Notes under the pieces: generated by a model
The model's database searches: none
Told to the model about the DNA's origin: nothing
The model's input: the letters and a program-made list of their open reading frames with translations, nothing else
Part shown: positions 41,553 to 51,386 of the stretch, piece after piece
Layout of the letters: every line of letters begins with the position of its first letter
Numbering within the stretch: position 1 is the first letter of the stretch
Made by a program: the position numbers and the translations under genes
Assembly: GCA_963764625.1 (NCBI GenBank)
Contig: CAVXTH010000001.1
Location: 96,001-160,000 of the forward strand
DNA from: Candidatus Krumholzibacteriota bacterium
GTDB lineage: Bacteria > Krumholzibacteriota > Krumholzibacteriia > JAJRXK01
Length of the DNA: 64,000 nucleotides
Direction of reading: 5' to 3'

Positions 41553-42608
41553 ATGAGCGAGGCAGAGCGCATCCGTCTCACCCGATACGCCGGCGCCGCC
41601 GGTTGAGCCGCCAAGATGAGCCCGGAGGATCTGGGCAAGATTCTGGAAGGCATGGTCGAACCCAATCGCAATCCGCAGGCCCTGGTGGGCTTCGAATCCG
41701 CGGACGACGCCGGGGTCTATCGTCTGGACGATGAACGAGCGCTGGTGTTCACCGTAGATGTGATCACGCCTATCGTGGACGATCCACGCGACTTCGGCCG
41801 CATCGCGGCCGCGAACTCCATCAGCGACGTCTATGCCATGGGCGGTAAGCCCCTCATGGCGCTGAACGTCTCGGGCTTCGCGCCCGAGTTGCCCGCGCAG
41901 ATCTACCGGGAGATTCTCACCGGAGCGCAAGAGATCGCTCGAGAAGCCGGCGTTGTGATCCTGGGTGGCCATACCATCAAGGATAAGGAGATCAAGTACG
42001 GCCTGGCCGTGGTCGGAGAAGTGCACCCCAAGAGAATTCTGCGCAATACCGGCGCCAGGGAGGGTGACGCCCTGGTTCTCACCAAGGCGCTGGGAACTTC
42101 GGCTTTGGCAACCGCGTTCAAGAGCGGAGTCTTCGACGAGTCCGATGCGCGCTATCGGGCTATGGTCGACTCCATGACGCGCCTCAATCGCGAGGCGGGG
42201 GAAATGGCGGCGAGCCACCGCGTTCACGCGCTCACCGACATCACCGGTTTCGGCTTGAGTGGTCATCTGTTGGAAATGCTCGAGGGAAGCGGACTCACCT
42301 TCACGATTCGTCTGGGATCACTCCCCCTTTTGGAGGGCGCGCTCGAAATGTTGGCGGCGGGACACACCTGCGGGGGCGGACAGGCCAATCGCAAACGGGC
42401 GCAAGGGAAGATCGAGCTTCCCGCAAGCATCGAACTTCACCAGGAGTATCTCCTGCACGATCCGCAGACCTCGGGCGGCCTGCTCATGGCGACCACCCCG
42501 GCCGAGGCAGAGAAGATCGTCTCGAACTTGAAAGTCCACGGGCACGCGGCCGCGATCATTGGCGAGGTGACGGCAGCGAGCGAGTTTCCCCTCCGGGTGA
42601 CGGTCTGA
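41553..42608 (+). CDS. selD: Selenide, water dikinase; selenoprotein form with Sec at codon 18
   Basis: RBS AAGGAGGT; MSEAERIRLTRYAGAAG-UGA-AAK (TGA 41604-41606); DDAGVY, FTVDVITPIVDDP, AANSISDVYAMGG, GGHT, TDITGFGL, DPQTSGGLL. Confidence 0.95.
41620..41636 (+). promoter_or_regulatory. Putative bacterial SECIS apical hairpin
   Basis: GCCCGG-AGGAT-CTGGGC stem-loop starting 14 nt after the in-frame UGA, with G in the loop. Confidence 0.65.
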
Positions 42609-42926
42609 GCTACTGGTGGCGCATATCGGTTCGAACATTGAACAACTCTCTCCATTCTTGCAAGCGAACGACGTGTCCGGCTTGCGCGACTCGAAGAGGA
42701 CGCTTATCTCTTCGGAAGGCTCCCAAGCATCGCCGCGTCGCACGAAAAGCTGGCACGGAGATGATACTGCTCTGAATTGATAGGAGTTCCTCTCCGACAA
42801 ATTTGATCCTTGGGACGTCGTAGTACTTCGGCTCTCACACGGAACCAAGCTCGTCTCTCCGTGCTCCCATCAAACTGCGGACGAGCCTCCGACAATGAAT
42901 GACTACCGTCATGGATTGGAGTAGCA

Positions 42927-43892
42927 ATGGTCGAACGAATCGCTGTCTACGTCGACGGCGCCAATGCCTACTTTGCCCAGAAAGAGGCGCTGAATTGGTG
43001 GATTGACTGGCCATCCTTCCTGGATTGGGTGAAGCGGGACCGAGAACTGGTGAGCGCTCGCTGGTACCAATCCTATCGGCGCCCTCCCGAACCGGAGCAG
43101 GAGCGATTTCTGCATCATCTCACGATCGTGGGCTATGCGGTGCGCAAGAAAGTCCTCAAGTCGATCTATGATCGCGAGACCGGTCAGAATTCGGTGAAGG
43201 GCAATCTGAACATCGAGCTGGTGATCGATGCCCTGACCGACGCGCAGCACTACGACACCATTCTCTTGGTCACCGGGGACAGCGATTTCGTCCCGCTGGT
43301 GGAAGCCCTGCGTTCGCGGGGCAAACGGGTTCTGGTGGCCGCCACCCCACAAAACGTCGCGGTGGACCTCCGGCAGGTCATTGGCGTCAACTACATCGAC
43401 TTGAGCGATTTGAGATCGGAAATCGAGAGCGACAAGCGGCCTCCCGAGAGAATCGAGCGCTTCGAGCGGGTGGATCAATCCGAGCGTGTTTCGAAGTGGG
43501 ATCGTGGATTCGATTCCGATCGAGAATTCGTCGAGGAGGCCTCCGAGCCCAACGGAAACGTGCGGCTTCCCTCCGAGCAGGACTATAAGGTCACGTCTAT
43601 TCTCGACCCGCATCCTCCCAGCGTTCCCAACCAGGACATCGTCTTACCGCAGGAAGGGGAGATCGTTCGCTGCACCGTGCAATCGGTCAAGAAGTACGGC
43701 ATTTTCCTCGACCTACACGAGAACGTGAAGACGCTACTCCACGTCAAGGACATGAACCGGGGCTACGTGGCGGACGCGGGCGAGTTCTATCGAGTGGGTC
43801 AGGAGGTTCCGGTCCAGGTGGTCGGAATCGACTGGGAGCGCCAACCACCCGAGGTTCGCGTTCAGGTCGTGACTCCGGAGATGGAATACTAG
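42927..43892 (+). CDS. NYN (LabA/DUF88) domain fused to C-terminal S1 RNA-binding domain
   Basis: VYVDGAN, KGNLNIELVID, VTGDSDFVPLV; S1: GEIVRCTVQSVKKYGIFLDL...LLHVKDM...VGQEVPVQVVGID. Confidence 0.88.
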   Translation: MVERIAVYVDGANAYFAQKEALNWWIDWPSFLDWVKRDRELVSARWYQSYRRPPEPEQERFLHHLTIVGYAVRKKVLKSIYDRETGQNSVKGNLNIELVIDALTDAQHYDTILLVTGDSDFVPLVEALRSRGKRVLVAATPQNVAVDLRQVIGVNYIDLSDLRSEIESDKRPPERIERFERVDQSERVSKWDRGFDSDREFVEEASEPNGNVRLPSEQDYKVTSILDPHPPSVPNQDIVLPQEGEIVRCTVQSVKKYGIFLDLHENVKTLLHVKDMNRGYVADAGEFYRVGQEVPVQVVGIDWERQPPEVRVQVVTPEMEY

Positions 43893-44782
43893 TTCGGTCT
43901 GGGCGCGAAACGATAACCGACGATTTTGAACGCGAGCTTGGCGGCGGTTTGTTCGTTCACCTGCGTCGAGGGCTGAGGCACCGCTTCGCAGATGTCGGCT
44001 CCGATGAGTTTTCCCTCGCCTTCGGCCACGAGCGCGCGCAGAACGCGCACGACCTGAACCCAGTTCAGACCGCCGGGCTGGGGAGTGCCGGTTCCCGGGC
44101 ACAGGGAGCAGTCGAGCCCATCCACGTCGATGGTGAGATGAATCGGCCCGCCCAGGGCACGCAAGCGCGCCAGGAGATCGCCGAAGGAATCTCCGTCCAC
44201 GAGTTGATGGTCGTAGAAGGTTTCGATACGAGGATTTTCTCGGGCCAGTTCGTATTCACTCTTCTCGGCGCTGCGAATCCCGATCGCCACCAGCTTCTTC
44301 ACCCCGAGATCGAGCACGCGGCGCATCGCACAGGCGTGACTGAACCGACTTCCCAGATACTCTTCCCTCAGGTCGGCATGCGCGTCGATCTGCACCACCG
44401 TGACCTCTGAGGGTTCCTTGAGAATCCCCTTGAGCAACGCGGCGGTGACCGAATGCTCCCCTCCCAGACCCAGGTAGAAGGGAGGCGCCAGGCCATAGCC
44501 CGCGCAGACTCGGGTGACCCGATTCAAGTAGGCCTCCACCCGCTCGTTCTCGTCGGCCACGATCGACGGTAGTACGCAGTAACGTACGACATCCTCGTGA
44601 TCGAAGTTCAACTCTTCGTCGAAGGTCTCCAGGTGCAGGCTCGCGCGCAAAATGGCGTCGGGGGCCAGGGAAGTCCCGGCGCCGTAGCTGACGGTGCCTT
44701 CGAACGGCACGCGAATCACCGCGACCTCGGCCTCGTCCAGGGTGGAATTGGGAAGATCGAGAAAGGTGAGAGCAGTTTCCAT
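43889..44782 (-). CDS. speB: Agmatinase (ureohydrolase)
   Basis: GGEHSVT, QIDAHADL, SHAC, TIDVDGLD, PGTGTPQPGG. Confidence 0.9.
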   Translation of the reverse strand: METALTFLDLPNSTLDEAEVAVIRVPFEGTVSYGAGTSLAPDAILRASLHLETFDEELNFDHEDVVRYCVLPSIVADENERVEAYLNRVTRVCAGYGLAPPFYLGLGGEHSVTAALLKGILKEPSEVTVVQIDAHADLREEYLGSRFSHACAMRRVLDLGVKKLVAIGIRSAEKSEYELARENPRIETFYDHQLVDGDSFGDLLARLRALGGPIHLTIDVDGLDCSLCPGTGTPQPGGLNWVQVVRVLRALVAEGEGKLIGADICEAVPQPSTQVNEQTAAKLAFKIVGYRFAPRPN

Positions 44783-44815
44783 CGCGGCTCCGCTTCGCGC
44801 TCAATGGATTCGAAC

Positions 44816-46589
44816 TCAGAGAGCTTCCACCGAAGCCGTGAAACCGTCCACCAATTTCGTCATGCGCTCCTGGGCGCGCGCGTCGGCGGTGGCCAGAGTC
44901 TCTCGTGGAGCCACGGACTCGATCCACTCGAAATAGAATTTGATCTTGGGTTCGGTACCGCTGGGGCGCAAGAGGATGCGCGAGCCGTCCCGCAGATAGA
45001 ACGCCAGGACGTTGCTGCGGGGAATGGTTTCGATCGAAGCGGGCAAACTCACTTCAGGATCGAAAACCTGTGAGCTGCGGTTGGAGTAGTCGTGCACGGC
45101 GCCTACGCGTAATTCGTCTCCGAAACTCTCGGGGATTCGTTCGCGCAGACTGCCCATGATCTCGGTGATCCGCGCCGCCCCGCGCTCCCCCGGCATCGCC
45201 AGGCTCTTCTGCCGGGTGAGGTGCAGGCCGAAGCGCCGGTAGATCTCCTCCAAAACTTGCAGGACGCTCAAACCACGTTCGCGATAGACGGCGGCCAGCT
45301 CGGCGAAGAGCAGAGCGGCGGAGATTCCATCCTTGTCCGCGGTCACCATTCCCACCGAATACCCCAGCGCCTCTTCGTACCCCAGAAGCAACTCCTCGCC
45401 TTTCTCTCTGCGACGCTTCTGCGAGAGATTTGCGATCCACTTGAAGCCGGTGAGCGTCTCGTCGTACACCGCTCCGCTCGCCCGCGCCATCGAGGAAAGA
45501 AGGCGCGAGGACACGATCGTCGTCATGAGCAGGGGCTTGATCTCTTTTTTCAGGTTCTCGGTGAGCAGATAGTGCGCGAGCAGAGCTCCCACCTGATCAC
45601 CGCTCAGCATGCGGTACTCACTCCCTTCGCCGGGCACCGCCACCGCGAGCCGATCGGCGTCTGGATCGTTGGCGAGCACGAGATCGGCCCTGACCGTTTT
45701 GGCCAGATCCAGAGCCAGATCCATCGTGCCTTCCTCCTCGGGATTGGGAAAGCGCACGGTGGGGAAATTGCCGTTGGGCTCGAACTGTTGCGCGACGAGT
45801 TCGAGCGGTGCGTAGCCCGCGCGTTGAAACACCTCCACTACCGAATGACCACCCACCCCGTGCAGAGGGGTGTACACGATGCGAAGAGTGCTCTTCTGCT
45901 CAGGGTGGCGGCGCAGGCGCAGGACGTCGTCCACGTAGTCGTCGAACATCTTCTCCTTTATCTCGCGAACGAGCCCGGCTGCCTCGGCCTCTTCCAGGAC
46001 GGCGAGCGGGACTTCCTGGAGACTCTGGATCTCCTCGATCTTTGCCGCGATGCCGGTATCGTGGGGCGGAATGATCTGCGCCCCGTTGCCCCAATACACT
46101 TTGTAGCCGTTGTACTCGGGCGGGTTGTGACTCGCGGTGACCATGACTCCCGCCGCCGCTCCCAGGGCGCGAACCGTCACCGCGACCAGAGGAGTGGGCG
46201 CCACGCTGGGGAAGAGATGGACGGCGATGCCCAGACCGGCCAGAACCTCCGCCGTATCCCGTGCGAACTCTTGCGACATGTGGCGTCCGTCGTAGCCCAC
46301 CACGACGCCACGCGCCGAGGCCTCGACGACTTCCTTCAGGAGATAGCGACCGAGGCCACAGCTCACCCGGCGCACGAGAGCACGGTTCATCCGCCCGGGA
46401 CCGGGACCGAGCACTCCTCGCAACCCGGCGGTGCCGAAGTGAAGGCTTTGGGAGAAGCCTTCGCGCAGCGACTGCAGATCGTCATTGCTGAAGACTCTTC
46501 TCCAGAGCGGCGCGGGTCGTCGGGTCGGGGTCCTCCTTCAACCAGCGCTCCGCTTCCATCCGCAAGTCGTCCATCGATCGCTGATTCAT
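44816..46589 (-). CDS. Alpha-D-phosphohexomutase (PGM2/PgcA-type phospho-sugar mutase); N-terminal indel
   Basis: [57 protein letters not shown]. Confidence 0.92.
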
Positions 46590-46621
46590 GTCCCGGTCTC
46601 CTTCGCGCACGGGGGGCGTTT

Positions 46622-47266
46622 TCAGATCCGTCGGATGTTTCGGTGTTTCAGTAGCCAAACCATGAGTGCGATAGAGATGACGAGGATGGTCGCATACAAA
46701 ATGGGCTGGGCCGCAATGATCTGGGGATAGATGAGGGTCGTGACCAACAAGCCCACCAGGGCCCCTCCCAGATGGGCGTCGTGTCCAATGTTGCCAAAGC
46801 GCGACTTGATTCCCCAGATGGAGATGATGAGGAAGAGCACGGCATAAATGGAGGCGGGAATGGGAAAGGGCACGAAGAACATGTATACGCTACTGCCGGG
46901 AAGAAGAAAAATCGAGGCGTAGATGACCCCGCAGACTCCCCCCGAGGCACCCAGAGCCCGGTAGTTCTCCCCGTGGTGCAGCCAGAACGAGAGCGCGCTT
47001 CCTCCCAGAATACTCGCGAAGTAGATGATCAGCAGGATCCCGCCGCCGTAGATCCTCTCGATCCCCTGGGCGAAGCTGTAGAAACTGATGAGATTGAACC
47101 CGAGGTGACCCCAGTCGGCATGAAAAAAGGCGCTCGTGACGGCGCGGTACCACTGTCCATCGCGGACGATCCTCTCCCGGTCGAAGAGATAGCGATCGAC
47201 CAGGGCGGGCCGGGAAAAGCCCCACCAGGAACAGAGTGCGGTGAGAACCACGATGAGAACCGTCAT
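46622..47266 (-). CDS. Rhomboid intramembrane serine protease
   Basis: FFHADWGHLGFN, GASGGV, GHDAHLGG. Confidence 0.92.
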   Translation of the reverse strand: MTVLIVVLTALCSWWGFSRPALVDRYLFDRERIVRDGQWYRAVTSAFFHADWGHLGFNLISFYSFAQGIERIYGGGILLIIYFASILGGSALSFWLHHGENYRALGASGGVCGVIYASIFLLPGSSVYMFFVPFPIPASIYAVLFLIISIWGIKSRFGNIGHDAHLGGALVGLLVTTLIYPQIIAAQPILYATILVISIALMVWLLKHRNIRRI

Positions 47267-47431
47267 CGCCGCATAAACTCCCTCTTCATGTCGCTTTGCT
47301 CCTCATTCGAGCCTCTCGGGGAGATTGGGGCCAGGTTGGCCCGAAAACAGGGGGCTTGGCCGCCAACTCTCGACCCTCGTCCCCACGATACTCGTGACCA
47401 TGCGGACTTCCCAGGGGTGAGTGGAATGCCT

Positions 47432-47447
47432 TGGCAAGAAAGCTGCA
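47432..47447 (+). promoter_or_regulatory. Sigma-54-like promoter upstream of the SGNH hydrolase
   Basis: TGGCAAG-AAAG-CTGCA with correct GG-N10-GC spacing, 58 nt before the ATG. Confidence 0.5.
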
Positions 47448-47505
47448 TTATCTAATGCAGAACATCCCGGGCGATGCACGTGCACCTTGCAACAGTGGAG
47501 TCGAC

Positions 47506-48501
47506 ATGAAGATTTCGTCCTCGGTTCGGTTCTCATTCCTTCTGGTCCTCATCGCATTGTGCTTGCCTCCCGCCGCGGCTTGGGCCCAGTGGGACGGACA
47601 AGGCTGGGCGGACTACACCCAGTTCATCGGACCCATCGATTCGACGATGAAGCAGCATCTCCGGACGATCCTGGCCGCGGGTCAGCAACAGGGACGCACC
47701 CCGGGGCGGATGGGGCAGATCGGAGATTCCATCACCAATTCCGACGCCTATTTCCGAAACGCCACGCTATGGGATATTACCAACAACGAGACCGGGCACG
47801 ACTATGCTCCGATCCGTTCGTGGCTGTCGTACGAGGGTACCAAGCCCGCCGACGGGAATTCCTTCTACCGAGACCACGGAAAGGGAACACCCTACGCAAA
47901 CGAGAGCGGATGGACGATCGCCATCGCGATTCAGGCCGGACACCCCGACGCTTCGGTCCTGGTCGGAGACGGCAGCACGCCCGGGAACTTCTCCTGGGTG
48001 CTCATCATGTTCGGCACCAATGACATCAACTCCGGCAGTTGGAACGCCAACGCCTGGAAATCCACCTACCACGATTTCATCCAGAGTTACATCGATCTGG
48101 GAGTCATTCCCGTAGTGAGCACGATTCCCCCCTCGGCTCCCCACGTCAGCGACGGACGCGTCGAGCTCGCGAACCAGAAGGTCCTCGAACTCGCGAGCGA
48201 GATGCAAATTCCCTACGTCGATTTCTACGCCCTGGTCCTCCACTACCAACCCGACTCATGGGCGAACACCCTGATCTCCTCGGATGGCATCCACCCGTCG
48301 GCGGGCGGGGGCGGAATCGATTTCTCCCAGGATGGCCTGACCTCGAGCGATGGCTACGCCGCGCGCTCGAAACTGAGCTTCGATGTGGCCGAGAAACTCC
48401 AGCGCATCGTGTTCGACGATGGGGCGCCCGACGGTCAAACCGCCGCGCCAGGCCAGAGCATGGGTTCTTTCAAGGCAGGCTTCTCGTCCGGCGGTCACTG
48501 A
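47506..48501 (+). CDS. Secreted SGNH/GDSL hydrolase
   Basis: Signal peptide; IGDSIT, FGTND, DGIHP; ends QSMGSFKAGF. Confidence 0.85.
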   Translation: MKISSSVRFSFLLVLIALCLPPAAAWAQWDGQGWADYTQFIGPIDSTMKQHLRTILAAGQQQGRTPGRMGQIGDSITNSDAYFRNATLWDITNNETGHDYAPIRSWLSYEGTKPADGNSFYRDHGKGTPYANESGWTIAIAIQAGHPDASVLVGDGSTPGNFSWVLIMFGTNDINSGSWNANAWKSTYHDFIQSYIDLGVIPVVSTIPPSAPHVSDGRVELANQKVLELASEMQIPYVDFYALVLHYQPDSWANTLISSDGIHPSAGGGGIDFSQDGLTSSDGYAARSKLSFDVAEKLQRIVFDDGAPDGQTAAPGQSMGSFKAGFSSGGH

Positions 48502-51386
48502 CCGCTGTCAGCCCTTGGCACCGGCCGCGAGGAAAACGCCAAGGAGACCAGCTCCGGCGGGGCTTTTAGCTCTTGCGCGGCCCACTCGTAACGCGACCGC
48601 TGACATGCCAGAAGCAAGACCTGTTGGTTACTTGCGGCGATATGCAGGAGCATCTTCATTCCGGCGATCAAGCGCTCGTCGTCGGCATGGGCGAAGGGGT
48701 CATCCAGGATCAGAGGCAGAAATCCCTCGCTTCCGCTCAGCAGATGGCTTACCGCCATGCGCGCCGCGAGGTAGACACCGTCCCGCGCGCCGGCGCTGAG
48801 CTGTTGGTCGACTTCGACGCTCGTGAGCAGCTTGTGCTCGTGCATCACCTCGAATTCGAGATTCTCGTTGAAGCGAATGTCGCGACTGCCGGTTCCCAAC
48901 TGCTTCAATAATTCTCCCGCTTCGTGATTGAGCTGCGCCGCCCAGGTCACATAGGTCTCGCGGGAGATTTTGGCGAGAGTGTCGTGGGCCAGAGTCACCG
49001 CAGCCTTGAACTCGCGTGCGCGGCGGAGGGCGCTGCGCATTTCGTCGAGTCGCTCGTAGAGCGGGCCCACTTTCTGTTCATGGAGATTCAGGAAGGACCG
49101 GACCGCGGTGAAACCGTCCTCGCGTGCGCGGGCTTCGCTTTGCTCCTTCTGCGCGAGTTCGCGTTCGAGCTCTTCCAAGCTCTCGCGTAGGGTTGGCGAC
49201 GATTGTTCGGCGGGAAGCGGAAGTTTCTCCAGCCCTTCCCTTGCCCGCGCTAGGCTCACGGCCTTCGCCTGCTGGAGGCGCCGCTCCAGGGATTCGAGAG
49301 ACTCTTCGCTCGGAGTTTCCTCTTTGAGTCTGGGGAGCTTCAGATCGCGACGGAGTCGCGCCTCTTCGGCCGCTTTCGCCTGCTCTCGTAGCTTGCGCAA
49401 ACTCTCGCGCGTGTCGTCGCCTTCCGCGAATTGAACTCCGCAGCGCGCGAGAGCTTCCTTCGCCTGACTCTCACGCTGCTCGAGAGCGGTGGTCTTTTCC
49501 TCGACCTGGTCGCGCCAGCTCTTCGCATTCTCCGCCGCGGCCGCCGCCACCGAGTAGATCTTCACCGCTTCCCGCAGCTTTGGAAGGTTCTCTTCGAGCT
49601 CCTGGACTCTCGGCTCACCCCCGAAGACTTCCCACGCCTCGTGAACGCCTCTCAGGGTGTCCTCGGTCTGTTTCTCGGATTCCAGCAGCCTCTCGTCGAC
49701 GCCAGCGAGCGTATCCAGGTTACGCTCGACCAGCCGAAGCGACTGGTAGCGTCCGTGCAGTTCGTCGGCGGGGATTCCGAGTCGGTAGGCGAGGTCCTGC
49801 CACGCCAGCACGTGCTCTTGGTTCTTTTCCTCGATCTCGTGCAGTTTCCTGCTTTGCTCGTCCACCCGCTCGCTCGCCACTCTCTCCTCACCACGGCGGA
49901 GCCTGGAAGTGGTAGTGAGGAAGAACAGACCCAGAACGATGACCGCTCCCCCGCCGTAGGGTAAAGCCTGGGAGAGCAGGGCCCAATGCGCCGGAAGGAG
50001 CAAACCGGTGGCGAGAATCGCCGCGCCGACCGCGGCCGTCACCCCGCCCAAGCGGCTTCTGCGGGTTCGGGCTGCGAAGACCTCGTCGAGTTGCCGCTGC
50101 CACATCGACAGATCCCGGCGGGTGCTCTCCCTCAATTCGTCGATCTCGAAATCCCGGCGGGTGTGGGTCACGAGCAACTCGCGATCCTCGGGCGTGAGGT
50201 ACTGCAACGCCTCGAGCATGGTACCGGCCTGGTCGGGATCGAAACCCCGCTCGCGCATCGCCTCGCGTTCACGCCTGGCGGCCTCGTGCAGACGTTTCTC
50301 GTCGCCTTGGATGTCCTTCAAGCGAGCGATGGCGTGCGCCACGATCTCGATGTCTTCGGTCTGCGGGGCCCGCTTCAGGCCCAGCTTGTCGCGAGCGGCG
50401 AGCCTCTCAGCGCTCTCCGCTTCCGCTTCCTGCGCATCCTTGGCATAGGATTCGACGGTGCGGCGCGCTCCTTCCCAACGATTGCAGAGAACTTCCGCCT
50501 CTTGAAAGCCATCAGAGCTCAGCTCGGCCAGATCCGATTCTTCGCGTACCTGGGCTTCCAACTTCGCCAAGGCCTCGCGCTGCGCGCGCGCCTTGCGCAG
50601 CTCCTCTTCGAGTTCACGCAGCCTCAGACGGGCGCGCGCCCAGTCGATCGCCTCACGGCGCGTATCGCGCTCGCGTTTGCGTGATTCGCTCTGCTTCAGC
50701 TCCTCGATTCGACCGCTCATCGCGCCGCGCTGCTCGGTGAACCCGGCAAGCTCCTGCTCGATTCCTTCGATTTCCGCCTCGCAACGCGAGATCTCGGTAT
50801 CGACCTTTCCCTTGCCGGCCAGAGTCGCTCCCTCGTATTCGTCCAGACCCTTCTGAAGCGCGCGCAACGCGGCGGCCGCGGTCGATTCCAGGGACTCCGA
50901 GTCGGCCATGCGCTGGATGGCCTCGCTCAATCCCGAGGCGTCGCCCCATTCCACCTGTCCCTGCCGGACGAAGGCGCTGTGCAGAAAATGTTCGCGCGAG
51001 ATGCCGAGCAGACGCTCGCCCACTTCAAGTTGTTTTCCGCTGCGGAACTCGTCGCTGACGTTCCGTCCCGCCTCGAGTACCCGCGCCGAGTCGTCCCGGA
51101 AATCGCGCTCGATCGTGAGCTCACGAGAGCCGTGACGCAGGCGCAGGATCAGTCCGTAGGGTCCGCCGTCCCAGGGTCGGTAGACCTCCCACTCGCTCAA
51201 TTTCGATCGGGCCCGCCGTTTGTCCTTGTCCAGACCGTAGAGGGCGGCCAGGATCGACTCCATCAGGGTGGTCTTTCCCGCCTCGTTCTTCTCGAGCAGA
51301 AGGCCGAGCTTACCCTGACCGGCATCGAGGGAGTATTTCCCGCGGAGTTGGCCGAAACCCTTGATGCTCAGCTGCAAAATGCGCAT
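48495..51386 (-). CDS. YhaN/SbcC-like SMC-family ATPase with internal TM hairpin
   Basis: Walker A NEAGKTT, long coiled coil, signature LSAG, Walker B LILDDPF; two hydrophobic helices mid-protein. Confidence 0.88.
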   Translation of the reverse strand: MRILQLSIKGFGQLRGKYSLDAGQGKLGLLLEKNEAGKTTLMESILAALYGLDKDKRRARSKLSEWEVYRPWDGGPYGLILRLRHGSRELTIERDFRDDSARVLEAGRNVSDEFRSGKQLEVGERLLGISREHFLHSAFVRQGQVEWGDASGLSEAIQRMADSESLESTAAAALRALQKGLDEYEGATLAGKGKVDTEISRCEAEIEGIEQELAGFTEQRGAMSGRIEELKQSESRKRERDTRREAIDWARARLRLRELEEELRKARAQREALAKLEAQVREESDLAELSSDGFQEAEVLCNRWEGARRTVESYAKDAQEAEAESAERLAARDKLGLKRAPQTEDIEIVAHAIARLKDIQGDEKRLHEAARREREAMRERGFDPDQAGTMLEALQYLTPEDRELLVTHTRRDFEIDELRESTRRDLSMWQRQLDEVFAARTRRSRLGGVTAAVGAAILATGLLLPAHWALLSQALPYGGGAVIVLGLFFLTTTSRLRRGEERVASERVDEQSRKLHEIEEKNQEHVLAWQDLAYRLGIPADELHGRYQSLRLVERNLDTLAGVDERLLESEKQTEDTLRGVHEAWEVFGGEPRVQELEENLPKLREAVKIYSVAAAAAENAKSWRDQVEEKTTALEQRESQAKEALARCGVQFAEGDDTRESLRKLREQAKAAEEARLRRDLKLPRLKEETPSEESLESLERRLQQAKAVSLARAREGLEKLPLPAEQSSPTLRESLEELERELAQKEQSEARAREDGFTAVRSFLNLHEQKVGPLYERLDEMRSALRRAREFKAAVTLAHDTLAKISRETYVTWAAQLNHEAGELLKQLGTGSRDIRFNENLEFEVMHEHKLLTSVEVDQQLSAGARDGVYLAARMAVSHLLSGSEGFLPLILDDPFAHADDERLIAGMKMLLHIAASNQQVLLLACQRSRYEWAAQELKAPPELVSLAFSSRPVPRADSGQ

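Noticed and set aside
42751-42766. TGGCACG-N4-TGATA as a sigma-54 promoter for NYN-S1
   Set aside because: The -24 element is perfect but the -12 GC is absent.
42704-42895. Small minus-strand ORF with a PilZ-like RxxxR (ERRAWFR)
   Set aside because: It has no DxSxxG motif, no RBS and atypical codon usage; it is probably the promoter region of the NYN gene.
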